Assembly: GCA_021741155.1 (NCBI GenBank)
Contig: JAIOYP010000005.1
Span: forward strand, 46,668 to 110,667
Reading direction: 5' to 3'
DNA from: Flavobacteriales bacterium
Lineage (GTDB): Bacteria > Bacteroidota > Bacteroidia > UBA10329
Length of the DNA stretch: 64,000 nt
Made by a program: the position numbers and the translations under genes. The notes beneath the pieces are model-generated. The model was not told the DNA's origin and did no database searches. It saw only the letters and a program-made list of their open reading frames with translations. Shown here one piece after another: positions 58,962 through 64,000 of this stretch. How positions within the stretch are numbered: position 1 is the first letter of the stretch; every line of letters starts with the position of its first letter.

Positions 58962-59585
58962 ATGACGAACAACGCAACATTTAGGGATAAGGTCGAACGA
59001 AAGCTGAACGAATGGAAAGGTTTAGCGGAACATTTGGACTTGCAGCTGCATCTCGGTCGCGCAGAGGCTGAGGATGCATTTGAAAAGCAGAAATCTAACC
59101 TTCTAAATTGGAGTGACTCGGTAGCTGCCAATTATGAAAAGGCGAAAGACATTAGCGAAGAAAACGCTGAGAGAATAAGGGCTTCCATAGACAATCTTAG
59201 ACTTCAGGCAGCTTTAGGTAAAGCCGATACTGAAGACCTTTTAGAAGAGCAACAGAAAAATATAAATCAGGCCATACAGAGACTTAGTTCGGATATAGAA
59301 TTCGTTTATAAGAATAGAAAAGAAAGGGGCGAAGACTTTATGGAAGAAGCAGAAGAGCGTCTCAATTATTACCGCACCAGCTTCGATTTATTCAAACTTC
59401 AGATGCATCTGGCTAAAGAAGATGCTGAAGAGATTTGGGAAGAAAAGAAGAAGGAGACGAAGAGAAAAATTGAAGAACTCGAATACAAACTGAAAGAGGA
59501 GACCGAAGAAGCATCAGAAAAATGGGAACACTTCACCAAGGAAATGACCCATGCGTGGAAACACATTCGAAATGCGTTCGACTAG
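58962..59585 (+). CDS. Charged helical protein with three internal repeats
   Basis: LQLHLGRAEAED / LQAALGKADTED / LQMHLAKEDAEE. Confidence 0.75.
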   Translation: MTNNATFRDKVERKLNEWKGLAEHLDLQLHLGRAEAEDAFEKQKSNLLNWSDSVAANYEKAKDISEENAERIRASIDNLRLQAALGKADTEDLLEEQQKNINQAIQRLSSDIEFVYKNRKERGEDFMEEAEERLNYYRTSFDLFKLQMHLAKEDAEEIWEEKKKETKRKIEELEYKLKEETEEASEKWEHFTKEMTHAWKHIRNAFD

Positions 59586-59588
59586 TTT

Positions 59589-60806
59589 TTACTCAAACGA
59601 AATCTTCGCGTTATAAAGTTGATTTACCGAAACGCCAATGTTCAGATAACCCGAAAGCACATTGGCTTCTCTATCCAAATTGAGTTCAGAAAACCACGTT
59701 TTTAAACCATCTTTTTTAATGGGATTTGATGTCGTGAACTGAATGGTTTTTGCATTCAACTCACCACTTTCAAACGCGTAATTCCTCTCTGAAAAATAGA
59801 GATTAGAAGCATTATCTGGCACACTTTCCAGCTTTGTTAATCCTTCGGAATTAAATAAATCATGAACCAAGTGTTCAAGTGTGATTTTTAGAGTGTCGTT
59901 TGATAAATCAAACACAAATGGTACGGAAATTTGTCCAACCCGTGCTTCTTTTTTCTTGTACCATCCCCGGAAACGGTTACTCGCTTCTTTCATAAAACCG
60001 AAATACCAAGTTTGGCATTTCTCCTGCAATCTATCAGGATGCGTATCATACCACCAAAGCCATTCGTATGGATGAATTTCGGGGTGACCAGAATGGTTGA
60101 AATCCGCCACATACGGGCCGTACATTCCAAACGTACCGTGGTCGGCCCCAATATTGTGATGTTCTTTAGATGAATTTGGAGAAATGCATGGATAGAACTT
60201 CTCATTTAGCATGGCGCGTGCGTAAACAGGTGGTGTAATCTCGCAATGCATTCGATAGCGGTTAATATTCTCAAGTGTTTCGGGATAAATCCAAGGTGCC
60301 TCATCCAAGTTTTTTATCCTGTTCCAACGATTTCGTTTTGCCTGTTTTTCATGTCCAATCCAAACGAGGTCGATGTATTTCCGTGTATGCGGAATCAGGT
60401 TGAAATTAACGTCATATTCCGTGAAATGTGGTGGGCTGGGCATACTGATGTGGTCACGCTCGGTTCCCACAAACTTCTGTTTGGTCATATTTAGCGCCTT
60501 CCATTTGTAGCCGAAAACGCTGATGACCCAGCCTGCGGCTGCAACCCGATGGCGTTGACTTTTTGATGGCAAAACGCTATCAACCGAAAATGCCTTTACG
60601 AGATTAACGAGTTCTTCATTCAAGCTATCATTATCGGCAATAAACTTTCGGTCTTTAGTGAGTAATAACCAGTTTTCTGAGGTTGGATTGAAGAAGTGGA
60701 TTTGGAGTGTTTCCTGAGCGGAGGCGTTGAGGAAAAAGAAAAAGGAGAAAAGGAAAAATGTGGTTGATTTGGCCATGAGATTGCTTCGGTCATTCTTCCC
60801 TATCAT
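59589..60806 (-). CDS. Secreted hypothetical protein
   Basis: 405-aa ORF with signal peptide; GPYVAD..H..HPEIHP motif. Confidence 0.7.
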   Translation of the reverse strand: MIGKNDRSNLMAKSTTFFLFSFFFFLNASAQETLQIHFFNPTSENWLLLTKDRKFIADNDSLNEELVNLVKAFSVDSVLPSKSQRHRVAAAGWVISVFGYKWKALNMTKQKFVGTERDHISMPSPPHFTEYDVNFNLIPHTRKYIDLVWIGHEKQAKRNRWNRIKNLDEAPWIYPETLENINRYRMHCEITPPVYARAMLNEKFYPCISPNSSKEHHNIGADHGTFGMYGPYVADFNHSGHPEIHPYEWLWWYDTHPDRLQEKCQTWYFGFMKEASNRFRGWYKKKEARVGQISVPFVFDLSNDTLKITLEHLVHDLFNSEGLTKLESVPDNASNLYFSERNYAFESGELNAKTIQFTTSNPIKKDGLKTWFSELNLDREANVLSGYLNIGVSVNQLYNAKISFE

Positions 60807-61076
60807 TGGCGTAAATATATAACCATTTGTTTTTTAGGGCTTCTTGCTCCTAGGAGAACGGCACGGATGACTTTCATACCGCTAGCCCCATGCACTTGGC
60901 TGCTAATCTCCTTTAGCCTGATGTTCATTTGTGTAAGGGCTTTTTGCATATGGTTGATATGCATAACGGTTCAATAAGTGACGCAGCCTAGTTATACGCT
61001 TACCTACGAATGCAATGACTACATCAAAGAAGGCTAAAGCATGGTTTCAGGTACGGGGATTGGAATCCCGATTGAT

Positions 61077-61739
61077 TTACAAAAAGGTAAACCCGAGGCT
61101 GAAAAGAAAGCGGTGATATTTTTCGCTTAACGTGGCATTAACCAACGCACCGCCATCCTCATCCTGAATTGTCTGTTTAATTCTGTTGCCCGCACTCACA
61201 TATTGATAACCTAGAGAAGTATTTAGAAAAGCGTGTTTGCCAAGCTTGAAGGAGATTCCCAATGCTGGTTCAAGAAAAAAGCCATCCCACTTATACCAAT
61301 CCGAATCCAACGATTGATTTATTTCTTTTAAGGATGCAAAGTGATACCCACCTTTGAATTCAGAGAAAGGGCGGATTTTTCCGTTTGCAAAGTTGAGCCG
61401 TGCATGTCCATAAGCGGAGATTTGATGCGCTTCTTGATTATGGCTGTCGCTAGGTTGATAGGTATATGCAATGCCAGGCCCTACATAGAGGATACTGCCA
61501 ATAAGAGCACCGAACGAAGTTGAAATCCTTGGCGCAGGCATCTTGTATCCTGCCACCTCAACTTCAGATTCTCCAGCCGAGAATGAAGTAACACGGGTGG
61601 TTTCTCCAAACTGCATTCCTACAGTTGCCTCGGTAATGTTGTTAAATCGAACAATTTTAGAGTCGTTTCCGTCCTCTTGAGCGGATGCAGAAAAGCAAAC
61701 GAAACTAGCAATAGTGAGTGTAATGAGTGACCTTTTCAT
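61077..61739 (-). CDS. Outer-membrane beta-barrel-like protein
   Basis: Signal peptide; alternating beta strands; C-terminal SLGFTFL. Confidence 0.7.
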   Translation of the reverse strand: MKRSLITLTIASFVCFSASAQEDGNDSKIVRFNNITEATVGMQFGETTRVTSFSAGESEVEVAGYKMPAPRISTSFGALIGSILYVGPGIAYTYQPSDSHNQEAHQISAYGHARLNFANGKIRPFSEFKGGYHFASLKEINQSLDSDWYKWDGFFLEPALGISFKLGKHAFLNTSLGYQYVSAGNRIKQTIQDEDGGALVNATLSEKYHRFLFSLGFTFL

Positions 61740-61859
61740 GACGTGTCAATTAGGTTTCTGCGCTTGTAATAACGGAAAACGCGTTACGATAGTACAGAAT
61801 TAGAAAAGGCTAAAATGAAGAATAGGGATAGTATTATCCCCATTCCATTGTTCAAAACG

Positions 61860-61941
61860 TACCCGAAGTGGGAGTCGAACCCACACACCTTACGGCACAC
61901 GCACCTGAAGCGTGCGCGTCTACCAATTCCGCCATCCGGGC
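61860..61941 (-). tRNA. tRNA-Leu(CAG)
   Basis: Reverse complement GCCCGGATGGCGGAATTGGTAGACGCGCACGCTTCAGGTGCGTGTGCCGTAAGGTGTGTGGGTTCGACTCCCACTTCGGGTA; long variable arm; TACATTTG promoter motif upstream. Confidence 0.97.
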
Positions 61942-62022
61942 AAGTGATGCAAATGTAATGCGGTTTTTGAATATTGCTCCACTCACAGGAATTGCATATT
62001 CGGATAAAAAGACCTTTCTTTT

Positions 62023-62082
62023 TGGGGCAAAGGGCAAAGGGCAAAGGGCGAAACCGTCCTTTGTCCCTCGTCTCTCGCCCCA
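62023..62082. repeat. Hairpin of 7-bp-period repeats (GGGCAAA)n
   Basis: 28-bp imperfect arms around a 4-nt loop. Confidence 0.75.
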
Positions 62083-62133
62083 TTCTTTAAGCTCAAAAGG
62101 ATCTTCATATCGTGAGTAAAAGGGGAAAAACGC

Positions 62134-64000
62134 TCACCGCGATAACTGTATGTAGCCTTTTTTAATCCCCGATTCACTCGATAAATCCATATAGCTGGCA
62201 ACGTAATAATATGTGCCAGCCTGCGCATTGAGACCATTGTTCTGAATGCTACCGTCCCAAGCACCATCAATCACATCCCATTGATAAATGAGTCTTCCAA
62301 AACGATTGAAGATTTTGACATTCACTTCAACCAAACCTTCGGCTTCCAGTTTAAAGAAATCATTGTAGCCATCATTATTTGGGGTGATGATGTTGGACAC
62401 AGAAACTTGGCAGGTAACCGCCTGTATCAGCGTGGTGTCGGAATCTTGGCATCCGAACTCATTCGTAACCAATACCCAATAGGAACCCGAATCGGTAACG
62501 GTTATCATCTCGCTCATTTCTCCCGTTGACCAAAGCATTTGATTATAGGATTGGTCGAGAATTAGTTCCACAAAATCGCCAGCGCAAATGATGGAATCGG
62601 GAATCAACATTACGTCAGGAACGGGCGCAAGCATGATTGTGACCGAAGAAGTGTCTGAAGCACAGATGCTCTGTTCAACGTAAAGCGAATACACGCCCTG
62701 CTCATTCGGCTCTATTGGGTCAAAGACCAACAGCGGTTCGTTCAATGTAAATCCGTTCGGTCCGACCCAAAAATGGCTCAGACCTGCCGTATCAGCAGCA
62801 TGAACGAAAACGGTGTCGTCTGGACAACCATTTCCAATCACAATAAGAATCGGGTTTTCGGGAATGGGCAGCACTTCAATCTCCAAAAGATCAGATTCGA
62901 CCAAGCACCCTTCTATGTTGAGCGTTGCAAACGCCCCTCCGGAAGGTAATCCCAGCGAAACGCTATCAATGAGGAATTCACCGTTTGAATTGGCAATACC
63001 AAGCGAATCGCCAAATTGATCGAAGAATGTGATCGCTCCGACTCCGATTGGTGAAGCGGAAAGCAGGAGTTCATCGCCATCGCAAAGCAACGTATCACCG
63101 AAAACCTCCACCTCTTCAGGAGTTTGGGTTACTTCGATGTTCCAACTGAACGGATCGGAATTGCATCCGAGTTCATCGGTCAGCACGAACGTGTAAATCG
63201 TATCCGAACTCAAGGTTGCAGTAGAGAATGGATTGGTAGAGGGAATCAGGTCGGTTCCATCATCCAGCAACAGATTATTAGAGGTTACCAAAAGCAATTC
63301 GGCCATTGTCCCTTGGCAGATTGTGTCTGTTGGCACGGTGAGTGCCAAAGGTGGTTCTTGGAATTGAATCTGAACCGTATCTGAAAACAGATCACAACCG
63401 TTGGTGTCCTCAATCGAAGCCCAGAGTATCCCATCTTCAAGAATGTCTATTGAACCTGAATTCGATGTGCTCGGCTGCCATTCGATGGACGAGTAATTGC
63501 CCAGAACGGTTAGCTGCACCAAATCGCCTATGCAATTGAGACTATCGCCAATCGTAAAATCAATCACAAACGCATCTGTTTGTACCATCGCCAAACTGTG
63601 GCTAATGGTATCTACTCCACAAACTGGATGCTCGGCCAGCAATAGATAAATGCCAGAATCAGGATTAGCCAAGGCCAATTGATTGCCATTTACAATGGTC
63701 AAATCGGGAAGCAGCCAAGAATAGGTAAGTACGGACGAAGTGGTCGCCTCTAGAAGAAGTGAATCGTTGGAGCAGAGCACCTGATCGCCAGTAATCTGAG
63801 GAAGAATGGAACCGCTGAAAAGCGAAACAGATGCCGTATCAAACAGACTGAAACATTCGCCATTGTAATGTGCGCCATAATATGCGAGTGATGCAGTTAC
63901 AGAATCGCTGGCAATCTGCGTCAGAATTCCGAGCGAATCAAGCTGTTGGTCAAACCAATACACGGAACCAGTATTACTCAAAACAAGAGAAATGGCTGAA
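62134..64000 (-). CDS. Large Ig-repeat protein with gliding-motility-associated (type B T9SS) CTD, 5' truncated by window
   Basis: Frame open to the window edge; C-terminal NIITPNNDGYND...FNRFG...WDG...GTYYY. Confidence 0.88.
   Translation of the reverse strand, partial: SAISLVLSNTGSVYWFDQQLDSLGILTQIASDSVTASLAYYGAHYNGECFSLFDTASVSLFSGSILPQITGDQVLCSNDSLLLEATTSSVLTYSWLLPDLTIVNGNQLALANPDSGIYLLLAEHPVCGVDTISHSLAMVQTDAFVIDFTIGDSLNCIGDLVQLTVLGNYSSIEWQPSTSNSGSIDILEDGILWASIEDTNGCDLFSDTVQIQFQEPPLALTVPTDTICQGTMAELLLVTSNNLLLDDGTDLIPSTNPFSTATLSSDTIYTFVLTDELGCNSDPFSWNIEVTQTPEEVEVFGDTLLCDGDELLLSASPIGVGAITFFDQFGDSLGIANSNGEFLIDSVSLGLPSGGAFATLNIEGCLVESDLLEIEVLPIPENPILIVIGNGCPDDTVFVHAADTAGLSHFWVGPNGFTLNEPLLVFDPIEPNEQGVYSLYVEQSICASDTSSVTIMLAPVPDVMLIPDSIICAGDFVELILDQSYNQMLWSTGEMSEMITVTDSGSYWVLVTNEFGCQDSDTTLIQAVTCQVSVSNIITPNNDGYNDFFKLEAEGLVEVNVKIFNRFGRLIYQWDVIDGAWDGSIQNNGLNAQAGTYYYVASYMDLSSESGIKKGYIQLSR

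Noticed and set aside
61784-62270. Short ORFs overlapping tRNA-Leu and the heptamer hairpin
   Set aside because: Explained by the tRNA and repeat sequence; no protein signal.

Overview
Chromosomal window from a Bacteroidetes organism, probably Flavobacteriales-like. This is inferred from TAnnTTTG promoters, T9SS C-terminal domains and the gene content. Most of it is housekeeping or secreted-protein genes: polA, acs, mce, ferritin, tex, selU-selD, two M1 peptidases, ybdL-yafV and three tRNAs. Accessory features of note are: (1) an ~8.7-kb element integrated in a tRNA(CAT), with a 47-bp att duplication, a tyrosine integrase, an excisionase, a putative rolling-circle Rep/relaxase and secreted TPR/lipoprotein cargo; (2) a homologous element end downstream of tRNA-Asn, next to heavy-metal efflux genes; (3) a GxxExxY nuclease gene bracketed exactly by 41-bp periodic inverted repeats between acs and polA, with a solo repeat copy nearby, suggesting a minimal mobile cassette; (4) several REP-like palindrome families, one translated in frame inside a HupE/UreJ gene; (5) a SiaB(x2)-SiaC-PP2C module lacking a diguanylate cyclase, next to tandem-duplicated LamG/LRR T9SS proteins; (6) a hipBA-like toxin-antitoxin pair. 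All family assignments come from motif recognition by eye, not from database searches.
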